NCBI RefSeq assembly: GCF_036321535.1
Contig: NC_087436.1
Location: 119,722,001 to 119,786,000, forward strand
Reading direction: 5' to 3'
DNA length: 64,000 bases
DNA from: Camelus dromedarius
Lineage: Eukaryota
The position numbers and the translations under genes were made by a program. The stretch's first letter is position 1, and each line of letters begins with the position of its first letter. The notes beneath the pieces were generated by a model that saw only the letters and a program-made list of their open reading frames with translations, was not told the DNA's origin and ran no database searches. Positions 12,151 through 24,649 of the stretch are shown piece by piece.

Positions 12151-13059
12151 GGGAGGCGAGCCCGCAAGGCTGGGCCTTCTCTAACTGGACATGGCTGGGA
12201 GTGATTCTGGCCGCATCATTTATTTGCCTGAAGTGTGGCTCTCTCACTTACAGAATCAAGTTCCCGTTCCGCGGTGCAGTCCCCCCAGGCCCCGTGCCAG
12301 CACTCTCCCTTTCCCTGCTGCGCGGTCCCTGTGCCCCATCGCATCTTCCCCTGTCCTTGGCCCTGGAACCTGCTGTTCCCTCTGGACCAAACGTGCTCCC
12401 TCACCCCTCTCTCCGCCTGGCTGCACCTGGCTCTGCGTGGCCCCAACTCCTGTCTCCTGCCGGCCCTGCGCCTCATGGAGTTGGAGCCTGTGATGTGCCC
12501 GGCTCCCCACAGCCTGTTGGCTTCCTCCTGGGAAGCCGATGCCTGGTTCAGCTCAGCTTTGCCAGAGTCTCAGGAGTTGTGCCCACAGGGGCTGCTAGAT
12601 AGATGCCATTGAACGACTGACTTGGAAAGAAAGTTAGAAATGCAGTGAGAGAAGGGGTAGGGATGTCTTGGGAGAGGCCGTGACACCTGACTCCCGCTTG
12701 CCGAGCCCCTGAAAAGTTGGAGCCCCAGGCCCTTCCCAGTCTGCACGTCCTCCACTGAGCTTTGCAAAGAGGTTTTTTTTCTTGGGAAACTTGTCCTTTG
12801 GGTTCAGATGAGGAGGACCTGTTTTGACTTTAAAATGAGGTACTGAAAGGAAGGCTGGAATGCCAGTGCCCTCTACAGAGTGCCAAGGATTTGAGGGCAC
12901 CAAGCAGTCCCCGCCTGCCTCATGCCTGCCTCCCACCCCCACCCTACCCTGAGGCCAAGGGCTCCATTGCTCCTGAAATCTGCCATGTCCTTGAGGACCC
13001 TCTGGCCGTTTTTTCCCCTCACAGTGATTGGGTAGATCTGGTTCCCATAAGTGTGCATG

Positions 13060-13460
13060 TGCTGGGTGTTGTAACACGTAGGAAAATTCTTCATAAATTT
13101 TGCATCATGACACAATTAGTCATGACGTTGGATATTATTCATGTGTTCATACTGCCTAGTTGCACACATGGCTTTAGGTGGCTTCCTTAAAATATATATT
13201 TATACTTGAAAATAACAAATAGTTGAGGGAATTTTTATGAAGTGCACATAATGGTAGGAAAAGAACAAAACCACATATAAAATGAGCATCCTAGCAGCCA
13301 AAGCAAAAACGGAAATGGGATTGGTTACCAAGTCCTGGGGACCATAGACAAAGCAAACTGACTGTCCAGGACAATCAGCTTCTTTTGATACTAGGACAGA
13401 GTGAAATGCAGCCTGCGGGCCTTCTGATGGGGCCCAGCGTGAAACTGCCCAGTGAGGCAC
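13060..13460. other. Unassigned AT-rich block (old DNA-transposon relic or conserved element)
   Basis: Abrupt AT-rich segment in GC-rich surroundings; short hairpin tcatgac-acaatta-gtcatga; no family recognised. Confidence 0.3.
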
Positions 13461-15599
13461 TGTTGGCCTAAGGGGTTAAGAGGGAGTCCTTGACTTGGAG
13501 GAAGTGGGTTCAGGCTCCCACACATGTGACTCTAAAACTGAAGGCAGGTGAGAAGGGCAGACTGTCAGGGTGGCTGGGAGGATCTGGGAAGGCTCCTGTG
13601 CAGGGGTGGTTGTGCCACAGCCCATCAAAGAGGGGCAGGCATGGTAACAGCTCAGTCTTGGGGGGAGTAGCTGGATTCCTGCCTCGGAATCCCATCACTC
13701 ACAAGAAGCCCACCGCCGGGGGCCCGGGGAGTGAGCCCTGTCCCTCCCGGTGTCCGGTCCTGGTCTGCTAGTTCCTATTTAATTCTCCCCCGAAGCCCCT
13801 TCTCCTCTCAGGATCGGATGATGTCCTTGAAGGTTGAAGAGACTGGAAAGCATCATTCAGCTTAAGTGCTTGTTGTTTGAAGGACGAGTGCCCGGGCACC
13901 AGGCTGGGTGGCTGGCTGGTGCCAGGAGATCCCGTCCTTGCCCCACAAAACAAACCCGTCTTGAGTTCCACTTGCCTTTTGGGGGGAAGGGATTAGGTTT
14001 ACTCCATCCCTGAGTTCCATTTGCTTTTAGAGGCAGCCTCAAAGTGAGGGCATGGGTGGGGGCACCAGGGCTTCAAAAGACACAGACTTGCCGTAGGTGA
14101 GTGTCAGCTACAAGAGCTGTCACCTTCCTCCCGAGCAGAGGAGTGGCCTTGTCCTTCCCTGGGCGTCGGCCTTTGTCCCCATTTGGTGACAGCGCAGTGC
14201 GATGGCTGAGCTTGAGACGTTACTGCTGTGAAGCAGACGCGTACGCTGGCCTCGGTGCAGGTCCTTCTCCTGGTCAAATTTGTCACCTGAGCTGCATCTC
14301 TGTCTGGGTCCATGTAGAACTGCTGTCAGTCACCTGAGAAGCACTGAGGCTCAGAGGCCCTGCTGCCCTGAGCTGGGTGCCGACATGGACCTCCCAGCTG
14401 GGCCCCAGGACCCCCGGCTGTGGGACGCAGTGCATGAGCTTGACCGGTACATCTGTCTGCTCTGCCTGTCATTGTGGGGCTGGGATCAGGGCGCAGACCG
14501 CAAGCTGGGCTGCAGGGCTCCCAGAACAGGCTGGTTTGGCATCAGAGGCTGCAGAGTCAGGTACCCACAGTCACCCCGTGCCTCCTCCCCAGGGCGTGAG
14601 ACACACGGACTCCTGTGTCTTCTGCCAGACACAAGGCCCAGCCCCCAGGAGAGTCACGTGCTGAGTGGCCGGGATTGGGGCTCTTGTGGTGGACGTGTCT
14701 TCCCAAACACGGAAGTCATGGTTCTCAGCAAAGGGTCTCCACTTTCTGGACAGGGAAGATCGGCTCCATGCAGCATGTGAGCTTGTGTCCTGTGGAGCTG
14801 AAAGCTGGACGGGAGCTCGGGGCTGTCCTCCAGGCCCCTCCACTTGGGTGTCACAAATGAACTGAGGCTCACGGAGGCCTCCTGGGCATGGGGCTCAGGA
14901 GGCCCCGAATGTGTGCGTCCTCTTCTGATCCTGGAAACCCCGGAGAGAGAAGTTAGCCCCCCATTCCACAGGGAGGAAACTGAGGCCTGGGAATCACCAC
15001 ACTCCCTATGCCGAGGCCTGACCCCAGCCACATTGACTTTTCCCCACCAGGCCCCTCTAGACCCTCCTGGCCGTGGCACCCGGGCAGACTGGTGATGACA
15101 GCGATGACAGACCAATGTCCTTGGCACTCTCTTGTCACCCTCCCAGCCTGGGACAGGAGGAGGCTGAAGTGTGGTCTCACTGGGCCTGGCCAGAGGCCAG
15201 CCGAGCTTCCGCGGGCCAGCGTCGGGCAGGAAGCGCCAGCCTGCGGAGGTGGAAGGGCAGGGCGGCGGGGCCGGAGGGTCTGGCACGGGGCCAGCTCGCT
15301 GCTCGTGAAGGGCCCCATTGATGGGTGGGCAGCGGGCGTCAGGATGCAGTGGCCTTCCTGCTGTCCCCTGGATCTCCGTGGTCGAGGGGCCTCCAGGCCT
15401 CCGCCCTGCTCACAGCTGCTTGGCAAGCATTCCCGGGGCTGCGTCACCCGACGTGGAGCCAGCAGTTCCCTGCTCCCGCTCCGATCGGGTTCACGGGAGA
15501 GCCGGCGGCCTGTGGGGCTGGGGGCTGCTCCGGTGTCCTGGGGCTGCGTTAGCAGCACCACCACTGTGGGTCAGGGTAACGGGGAGTCCATTCTCCATG

Positions 15600-15860
15600 G
15601 CCTGGGGGCTCTGGGAAGAACCCCTGCCTCCTCTGTCTGGCTTCCGTGGCCCTGGGCCGTCCTGGGCTTCCTCCCTGCATCTGTGTCCGAATGTCCTCTC
15701 CCTTCTCTGATAAGATGCCAGTCACAGGATTTAGGGCCCACCCTAACCGTGGCCTTATCTTAACTTGGTCACCTCTGCAAAGACCCCATTTACGAACAAG
15801 CTCATGTTCTGAGGTCCCGGGTGGACATGAACTTGGGGGCGCTGTTCAGCCCCTCACTCA
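15600..15860 (-). mobile_element. MLT1B/C-like LTR, partial
   Basis: cagtcacaggatttagggcccaccctaa...tctgcaaagaccccattt...gtggacatgaacttggggg. Confidence 0.75.
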
Positions 15861-16239
15861 CTCAGCTTCCAGGCGCAGCCGTGCTGCGGCTGCTCCCCCC
15901 ACCCCCAGAGCACTTTCTATTCCTGAACCACCCGTGGGCTCTCGCCTCCTCCCTCCTGTTGGCCCTTCGAGGCTCCGTCTTCAAGTGGCTTCCTCCTCAA
16001 ACCTGCTTTCTTTCCCAGGTGTGTGAGTGTTCCACTGTGTGAAGGCCCCTGGATCGCACTCTGGCCTCTCTGGGGCTGCTGACCACTCTGCTCTGTCGAA
16101 GGCGTGTGAGGGCTTCTTGTGTCTCCCTCTGGATCATGGGGTCCTGAGGGTGGGACTCCACCGTGACATTCTCCGTATCTTCCTTCTCCTCCCCATCCTC
16201 GGCGGCCCAGCACCTACTCTGTGCTGGGCATCGCAGCAG

Positions 16240-16400
16240 GCTTTTCACGCATGTTCCTTGTTGAATCCTCATGGCCACCCTAGGAGGCAGCTCTATTATC
16301 ATTCCCATTTTACAGATGAAGAAATTGAGGCTCTGAGAGGGTAAGTTACTTGCACAGAGGGATTGAAGCTACCTGGGTTTGACACTCAGATCTGTTCAAG
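16240..16400 (-). mobile_element. MIR
   Basis: gaatcctcatggccaccctaggagg...cccattttacagatgaagaaattgaggctctgagagggtaagttacttgc. Confidence 0.8.
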
Positions 16401-16464
16401 TCCATCAGAGGGTGATCCCTGTGGGCTGTCCTAGGACTGGCCCCAGGCAGACAGCCTGGAGTTG

Positions 16465-16720
16465 GTTCATTCCTTCAAAAATAGTTTTTCAAGTTCCTTC
16501 TATGTGCTCTGCGTTAGGGACCTAACAGGCTGCCAGCAGCCTCTATCCTAGCCTCATGGGCTTACAATCTGGGAAGACGGAAAGACAGACACCTTATCAT
16601 TAACCACAATGTGAAGGGCCCTGGTTTTACCACTGACCTCTCCTGTGACCTTGGCCAGGGGGTGGCCCCTCTGGGGACCTCAGTTTCCCCACATGTAGAC
16701 AAATGACCCCAACAGGCCCT
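16465..16720. mobile_element. L2 tip (antisense) followed by a MIR core (sense)
   Basis: ttcattccttcaaaaatagtttttc...; tgtgaccttggccag...cctcagtttcccc. Confidence 0.55.
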
Positions 16721-17436
16721 TCCAGCCTGAGAATGAGCCCTGCACGCCCAGCAGTCCTTTGCTCAGGGCAGGACCAGAGTCCTGCGTCCTGAGAGGCCCA
16801 GACAGACCACCGCTGGCCAGTGACAGCCGTCAGGTGGGGCGCGTTCTCCCCGCGTCCCTGGTGGACTTGGAAGGCCTCATGCCCAAAGGCCGAGGTGGAG
16901 CAGAACTGGCTTTTGAATCCCTCCGGGCCTGTGTCCCGGCTCTGGGAAAGAATCCGGAGGCCTTTCCAAGCCCTGTGACTCAGAGCTCCCCAGCGAGGCC
17001 GCCGGGTCCCACTCCAGCGAGACTCAGTGGGGACTTTGAGAGCCCTCCCTGCAGAGCTTGCCGGCAGTGTGGCTCGGCTGCAAAATAGGCCGTCTGTCCG
17101 CTGGAGCTAACGCTCGGCTCACCTGCGGAGACCCACGGGGGTCTGGGAGGCGAGGAAGTGGGATGAGTTTCGGGCAAAGCCAAATGTCAAAAGGAAAGCC
17201 TGCCACTCACCGAGGACAGCTCCTGCCAGCCACACGGAGCCATGTGGGGAATGGTTAGTGCCTGCACTGCTGGTCATGTGTGCAGCTGAGGGGCCATCTG
17301 GACACGGGGCCCCACCCTGAACATGGAATTTTAGCCTGCGGGAGAGCTCAGCTCACAGCCAGTTTTCTTTTGTGAAAAGCTCCCACCCAAATTCTTGTGC
17401 CAAACTCATTTCAGGAGGGAAGCAGGAAGAGGAGGA

Positions 17437-17918
17437 TATACGACTCCTGCGGCCGCTGTAACAAGTGACCATGCGTGCTGTAGCTGAAGACACCACAGAT
17501 CCCTCACAGTCTGGAGGCCAGGAGTCTGTGGGGAGGCTTCAGAGCCGAGGCCAAGGGGGTGCAGGGCCTGTTTCTCCTGAAGGGTCCAGGGCAGAGCCCG
17601 TTCCCTGGCCTTGTCCAGCCTTGGGCAACGCCTGCACTCGTTGGCTCACGGCCCCTTCCTCACAGCTCTCCAACCCCTGGCGTCCACCCCAAATGTCCGG
17701 TTTCTTCCATGGTATCAAATCTCCCACGGCCTTACTCTTGCAAGGACACCTGTGACTGCATTTAGAGCCCGCCTGAATCATCCAGGAGAATCCCCCCACC
17801 TCAAGATTCCAAACCTAATCCTGCCTGCAAGACCCCTTTTGCCCCGGGAGGTGACACATTCCAGGTTTAGGGGATTAGGACGTGGTCATCTTTGGGATCC
17901 ATTCGTTGGCCGACTGCA
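17437..17918 (-). mobile_element. MLT1D-like solo LTR
   Basis: gctgtaacaagtgacc, cacagtctggaggccaggagtc, aatcatccaggagaatcc, cctaatcctgcctgcaagaccccttttgcc. Confidence 0.85.
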
Positions 17919-18969
17919 AAGAGCCTCTTGGCTGATTCCAGGTCAGGGCAGCTGTGCCAAAAGTGTCACCTTCTCCCGGGAGGACAGGACTCTGACTCCA
18001 CCACCGCTCACACCCCCGGCCCCTGGGGCATCCGTGCTGGAAACAGCCAGTCCAGCGCCGTCTCACCAGCGAGCAAGCAGTGAGTCGTGTCCCAGCCAGA
18101 CCTTGTGCTTGGGTCTCCAGCTCCTTCTACTTGATTTAGTGCCCCCAGAGTTTAGAAATGAAATGAGACTTTAGACATCAAATGTAGAATTTGGAAGTGA
18201 AAACCAGTGCCGCCGTGGGCAGCCCTCCGCTCCCCAAGGTGCTGTTCGCAGCCACGCCTGCTTGGGAACCTTGCCCGGCCCTGGGAAGCAGGTTTCATTT
18301 TGCTCAGATTATTGAGGAAACAGCTTCCAAGGGAAGGAACATTCTCCGGGCCTCCTGGGGAGCCCGTGCCAGCTGGGTTTCTCCCGCCACATTTAGGACT
18401 GAGAGGGGACAGCAGGTCAAAGGCCCAGGATCATCCGTGTTTCGTGTGTTCCAGGGACAGAGGGCGGCTGGGGGCTGGATGCTGGGGGACAGGGTAGGGG
18501 AGGCGGTGGTGAGGGGCTGGTCACATGGTGGGGGTGTCACTCACATGGAGGAGTCTGGTTTCATCCCCCTTGATCTAGAAACTGCTAGGGGGGAGGGGAG
18601 GGCAGTGTGGGACTCGTGTGACCCAAGTGCAGCCACACCCCCGGCTTCGGGCTTGAGAAGGTTCTTTGGCACGGGTGGGGCAGGGTCTTGCCCCTCGAGC
18701 CCAGGGCTGGCGGCATGAAGCTTGGTCAAGGTATCTGGGCGCTGGGGCCGGGGTCCTGGTGGGTGGCAGTGTCTGTCTTTGTGAAGCCGGGGAGTGGCAG
18801 GATCCTCCGGCGAGAGAGGTGGGGACCGAGGGCTCTTGACAGAAGCTGCTAGGGCGAGGCCCAGGCCAGCCAGTGGTGGGAGGAAAGGGCTTTGAGCTGG
18901 AGCAAGTCAGGGATGGGTTTAAAAACCGAACGAGGTGTGGGAGGGAAAGGGCCACCCTTCAAGAGCCTG

Positions 18970-19125
18970 GAGCGGCACTTCTCAGATTTTCATTCGCCCA
19001 CGGTCCCCTGGGATCTTGTTAAAATGCAGGTTCTGATTCAGTGGTTCTGGGTGAAGCCAGAGACTATTTCTAATGAGCTCCCAGGTGACTGACAAAGCTG
19101 CTCTGTGGGGCTCTGGGATAGGCAA
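18970..19125. mobile_element. MER5A-like hAT-Charlie MITE
   Basis: ctgggatcttgttaaaatgcaggttctgattcagtgg...tttctaatgagctcccaggtga. Confidence 0.75.
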
Positions 19126-21479
19126 AGGGTCAAGGGCCTCCATCCTTCATCTGCTGTACACCTCCAGACCCTGCTGAGTGGACAGCAGGAGCCACACGTG
19201 ACATGGGGACACTGAGGCTCCAAAAGGGCAAGTGAGTTGCCAGAGATCTCACAGGAAGGGATGGGGTAGGGGCTGGAATGCGGGCTGGTTTCCAGTGTCC
19301 ACCCTCCAGCAGGCCGTCCCGAGAGTGGGTGCCCACCCAAGTCACCAGCGAGTCCGGGGGAGATGGGCAGCTGGGAGGCCCAGCTAAGGCTTTTCCCAGG
19401 GGAGAGCTGGGGGGAGGGGTTGAGGCTTCTTAATGAACGAACAGCCACAGGCTGGCTCAGGAAAAGCAGGAAGACAACCGTGTTTAATGAGCACCTACTG
19501 TGTGCCAGGCCCCTTGGGTATTACTTTGTTCATCCTTGTAACAGGAGCAGTATCTTTCTCTTGGCTCCTGCAGCGTTCAGCACACAGTAGGTGCTCAGGA
19601 AAGGTCACACTGACTTGGGGCATCTCTCAGCTGGGCCCAGGATGGCCAGAAGCACCTGCCGGATGTGGCCACAGCCCCAGAGACTCTCAGACGCTACATG
19701 TGCCTCTTGGCTTCTCTGAGGCTGTTTGCTCCCCAAGTACTGCCCCGGCACTCGCAGGCTCCCGCAGACAGAGGCTGTTTTCCCGATGAAATGTTGGTGT
19801 CTGCAGGAGAGCGGGTCGGCCGGCTCTCTCACTAACCTGCCTCCACTTGGGCTCAAGATGGGCTCAGAGGAGTTACATGGAGCCTTGAGAAATTGGCTTC
19901 CCCACCTGTCCCTGGCCCGGGCCCAGGGGATTTGAGTATGCACCTCGGTGATGTTGCATTGGCTCCCCAGGCTGGTACTTCCTCGAGGACCAGTTTCAGT
20001 CCTGAAAAGCGTCTGGAAGGACGTAGGGAGAGCCCACTGTGAAGGACTTAATCCTGACCCCTCCCACCAGGCCCAGCTGGACAGAGGCAGGTGGAAAAGT
20101 TGCACACTGTGGGCGGGGCCAGAACCTCCAACCAAGCACGCCGTCGTGAACAAACCTCATTGCCTAGCCCTTAGCCTCCTGGTTGCCAGTGGCCATCGTA
20201 GCCTCTGCCCTTGGCAGAGCGCGGGGGCAGGACCACCGGGAACGGGAGAGCTGGGGGAGTGGGGCCGGGAGGCAAGACGAGAAGGGGCTCTGGGCTCTGA
20301 TGTCCCTGGTTCAAGTCCCAGCATGGCCTGTCTCTCTATGCGGCCCTTGGACCAGACTCAGCGGCTCCATCAGTAAGACGGGGAGAGGGTCAGACTCAGG
20401 TGGCAGCCTGGCGCCGAGGGCAGGCGTGATGTGCTCCTGCGGAACGCGCCCCGGGCCGGGTAGTCCTGCGAGCTGTCGTCTTTCCCCCAGTGCGCTGTCC
20501 TGACTGTGGTCCTCACACCAGGACAGGAGGCTGGGGGACTGAGGTGGGCGAGGCCGTGCAGGCAGGAGGGCAGCTTGTCCCACGCCCCCCAGCCCAGGAC
20601 CCCCACCAGGGCTCCCGTTTCCGACTTGTGCTGGGTTTGGAAGGAGCAGCCGTGCAGGACCCTGCGCCCGTACCTGCTTCTGGCTGGCCTGTCAGCCTTC
20701 TCTGCCCATAACGGGGTGGAGCTAATTTAATGTCCGGGTCCCCCACCGCCCTCTGCTTAGTCTTTAATCTGACACGAAAGGAGGTCACCTGGCTGGCTGG
20801 CCTGCAGGGCCTGCTCGTTACCAATTCAGTTGCTGAAGGTGGAAAGTGAGTTCCGACACTCATTGCCAGCTTTCCTGAGTTGCAGGGCCTCTAACAGCCA
20901 GGTGCTGCTCCAGCCCAGGCAGGAAGTCCTCCTCTGCGCTGCTGGGGGCTGCTGGGACACCCGGGGGCCTGGGTGGGAGGCACTTCCTGGCCTGTGCAGG
21001 GCCTGGCACATGGTAGGGGCTGATCCTGGTCCTGGCCCAGCCTCCTCTTTCAAGATGGGGACCCCGAGGCCCAGGGTCGCACATGCACCCCCCACCCTGG
21101 GACTGAGGCAGGGCCGCCAACCCGTGTGCCTGTTTTTGCCTGAGACCCGCCTCCAGGGGGATCCAGTCTCCGCCTCTTAGCCCCCACCCTGCAGCCCTGG
21201 TTTCCCCACCAAAGACTCCAAGCCGGTTATTTCAAACCATCTGAAAGCAATAAGGAAGCAGCTTATGGATGAAATACCTTTAACATGAAGTTGTATCTTG
21301 CGGTCAGTGTTTCTTTCTGTCTAAACATTTCTCCTTGCTGAGCTGGGCTGGGGAAGGGGGCCTAGGAAACTGTTTCTCCGGCCTGAAAAACTCTCAGAGA
21401 GAAGCCAGCTCTGCGCCTCGTTGGGTGGGAAGCAGCAGGGTTGGTCTTGGAGCTGACAAGTTCCCCATCTCTGCCCCTT

Positions 21480-22102
21480 CCATCCGGCCTCCACACGGCC
21501 AAGGGGAGCTTCCTAAAACCAGAGCTGACCGGACACGGTCCAGGCTTCTCGGCTCCCTGCTGTTCTTGGATTGCTGTCTAAGGCCCCCCTCATCTTATTC
21601 CTACTGACAACTTGCCCCAGACCCGCCCCCCACTTGAGCAGGGTGACGCATCTGGGGCACAGGATGTAAGGAGGTCCTCACTCAGGGATGGTGCCTGAGA
21701 GCGAGGCTCTTCTCAGAGATTTCACCCTCACTTTCCTTGCCCCAGTCCCAGCCCTGTTCTTTCTCACCATCCTTCCCTCCCCACCCCTCCACTGCCCCTC
21801 CACTACAGGCATCCTAGGGTTCCTTTCACGCCCAGCCCTTTTCTGTGCTGGCTCCTTCACCTGGGATCCCTCCCCCCCTTTCCCTTAGCCAGTCATGACT
21901 CCTGTTCCTGATCCCCCAGACTCCACCCGGGGCCCACAGCCCCTAGGGGGCCCTGCCAGGCCCTCATCACACCCTCTAATTCTTTGTTGTCTGTCAAACC
22001 CTTGAGACTAAATTCTTTGAAGGCCCTGGCCATTGTGTTTATTGCTGTGTCCCCAGACCTGGAACAGGGCCTGGCACATAGTAGTTGCTCAAGAAATGTG
22101 TG
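21480..22102 (+). mobile_element. L2 3' region, fragmented
   Basis: cctccacacggcc...cttcctaaaaccagagctgacc; ends cctggcacatagtagttgctcaagaaatgtgtgttgga. Confidence 0.7.
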
Positions 22103-22305
22103 TTGGATGGATGGGTGGGTAAGTGGATAGACAGATGAATGGAAGGATGGTTGGATAGATGGATGGGGTTGGATGTGTGGATGGATGGATGAAGGGGTGG
22201 GTAGGTGGACAGATGGATGAATGGATGGATGGATGGTTGGATGTGTGGATGGTGGATGGATGGAAGGGTGGATAGATGGTTGGACGGGTGGGTGAGTGAT
22301 TGGAC
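22103..22305. repeat. Degenerate (GGAT)n array
   Basis: Repeated ggat/gggt/agat units, read directly. Confidence 0.95.
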
Positions 22306-22449
22306 AGTCTCATGACTAGGCTTTTATTTGTGAGTAATTTGAAGTCCTTCATAGATTCAAATGACTCCTAGGCTTAGCCAGGTAGGGCGACCTGGACCTC
22401 ACTGGTTCTTGTAGGAGGCCACATGGCCCAGGGCCACAAACAAAGGATC

Positions 22450-22930
22450 AGAGCTGAGGAGATGTGTCTATGGCACTGGGAATACAGAGCACAGCTGGAC
22501 ACAGTGCCTGCCCTCTTGGAGCTCACTGTCCATTGTGGGAGGTGGGGCAGAGGCCCAATCGTGGTGGCCCACTGTGATTGGGTGCTAATGGTGGTATAGA
22601 TAAAGCATCCTGGGAGGGACCTATTCTTCAGGCCACGTGGAGGAAGTCTTCGTGGAAGAGGTGACATTTAAACAGGCTTTGTGGGATGAGTAAGTGTTGG
22701 CTGGTGAAGCTGGTGGGTGTCGGAATTCTTGGCAGAGAGAACAGTGTGTGTCAGAGTACCAGGTACTTCCTGGGGGCAGAGAGAAGTGCACTGTGGCTGG
22801 TGGTTAAGAGGAAATAAAGCTAAGATGATGAATTGAGACAGTCTGCCACCTTGAGGACTTTGAACGTGATCTTAGTGGCAGTGGGGAGCCACGGAAGGTT
22901 TTACACAGAGGGCAGCTACATTCCTTCACC
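22450..22930 (-). mobile_element. L2 fragment
   Basis: cctgccctcttggagctcactgtcc, ggaagaggtgacatttaaac, ggcagagagaacagtgtgtg, gtggggagccacggaaggtttta. Confidence 0.7.
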
Positions 22931-23359
22931 CAGCCTGGAGCTGGTAAGCTGTGCCAAGGTGAGATCCAAGTTTGTGCTTGAAATTCCAAAATCTCTGGAA
23001 ATTCTTGTCCAGGACACCCTCACCTCTTAGCTCTCATCTCCACGCTCTTTGAGTTTTAGCTCCTGGGTTCCAACCACAGGACAAGAGATGTCTTGTTTTT
23101 AGTGGTTTTTATACAGGTCTCCACTTAGTCTGGGAAAGGTGAAAAAAAAAAGAAACCTGATTTTGTTCTGCACCCTGCCTTAGGAGTGAAGGGAATTTTA
23201 AAGGAAGGGAAGATTCTTTGATAACCCAAACATTTTGCAGAGAACCAAAACACGTGAGAGAAATTCCACGTCCAGGCTCCATCAGACCCCAGCCCTGCTG
23301 AGAGCTGCCCACCGGCGCCTGGCCACCCTGCTTCCCTCTTGCTGGCGCTCCTTTCTCCT

Positions 23360-23515
23360 CTTCCTGCACAGTTTATCAGCAACCCTCATCCTTAAATGCG
23401 CACAGCCCCTTTGGCTTTCTGAGCTTCCCTCACTCTGGGCTGTGTTCGCCCATTTCCCCTGTGAGGAGGTTGAGGCTCAGCAGGTGGGAAGACCGCCCAG
23501 GTTCCCAGCTGGGTG
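23360..23515 (-). mobile_element. MIR fragment
   Basis: cccatttcccctgtgaggaggttgaggctcagcagg...cccaggttcccagctg. Confidence 0.55.
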
Positions 23516-24649
23516 GGCGTGGCCAGCGGCTCTTCTGCGGTGATAGGGGGGTGCCTGGTGTGGGCGCGGCGCAGAGGAGGCTGGGAGCCAGGCCAGGCCT
23601 GCACTGGGACCTCAGCGGCTGGGTTTAGAGGCTGGCCTGGCTCATGTCTCAGCTCTGCCCCCTTCTGGCTGGGGTTGGTGGGCGCTCCTGCCTTTCTCAT
23701 GTGTCTTTCGAGGGATGGTAACTTCTAACCCACATCTACCCCACCGCCGGCTGTGCGCCTGGGTCCACTTTTTAACCCGGAGTGTCAGACAGGTGACAAT
23801 TGCCTTGTTCTGTGCCCTGATTTGCGCTGTCATCCAAGGGTGTGGACAGTGGCCTCTGGAGCTAACGGCCCTCTGCCCTGGAGGGATGGACTCCCCTACC
23901 TGCCCAGGGAAGAAACTACAAAGCTGAAGGAGGCCCCGCCCACCTTTCTGTGAACCCCTGCTCTGCTGACGGGAGGGCGGTGACCGTGTATCTGGCGGGT
24001 AGTTCTGTGATGCTTGTTGGTGCCCATGCTGACATCCAGGTCAGGGGTCCTGGGGGGAGATGTGGCACAGGGGTCCTGGCCTCCCAGGGTGGTGGGGGAG
24101 AAGACCCTAACCTCCTGTAGTCCCCCGTCGGGGTGGGGCGGAGAGAGGGGCTGCAGGGCCTTGGCCTGGGCCAAGAGGAGCCAGGCGAGCAGACAGGTGA
24201 AGGGCTCTTGCCTTGGGTCCAGGACCTCCTTCCAGATCTTTGTGGAAGCTCCCAGAGCAGCCTGAGTGAGCCGTGCCCCAGATGCTGTTCCGAAACCCCA
24301 GGTGTGAGGCAGGTTCCAGAGTTCCGAGGAAATTTCAGGTCAGGGCCGAGATGGCTGGGTCAGAAAAAGCACAGAGCTGGGAGCAGATGGCCCTGGATCT
24401 GGACCCATTCCCTTCTGAGAAACAGGCATCATCACTGTTACAGCCAGCATGGTTGTAGGGATTATTGAGATGTTTCCAAGGGCTGGGCATACACTAGGAA
24501 TTTAATAAATGCTCATGGCTAAAGAGAGAGGAAGGCTTAGTTAGACAAGTGCCAGTTCTAGACATCAGAGTCCTGTTGAGCCTCCCTGCAAGCCTGAGGA
24601 CTGTAGGACAGATAGTTCGTAGAAGAATCTCAGAAGTTGGGGCCAGAGG

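Noticed and set aside
14654-15763. Long overlapping ORFs (203-251 aa) on both strands
   Set aside because: Pro/Gly/Arg/Trp/Cys-rich with no domain; they overlap each other and run into an MLT1. Expected from stop-codon scarcity in GC-rich DNA.
17093-17110. REST/RE1-like ctgtccgctggagctaa
   Set aside because: Spacing is off by one base and the half-sites are mismatched.
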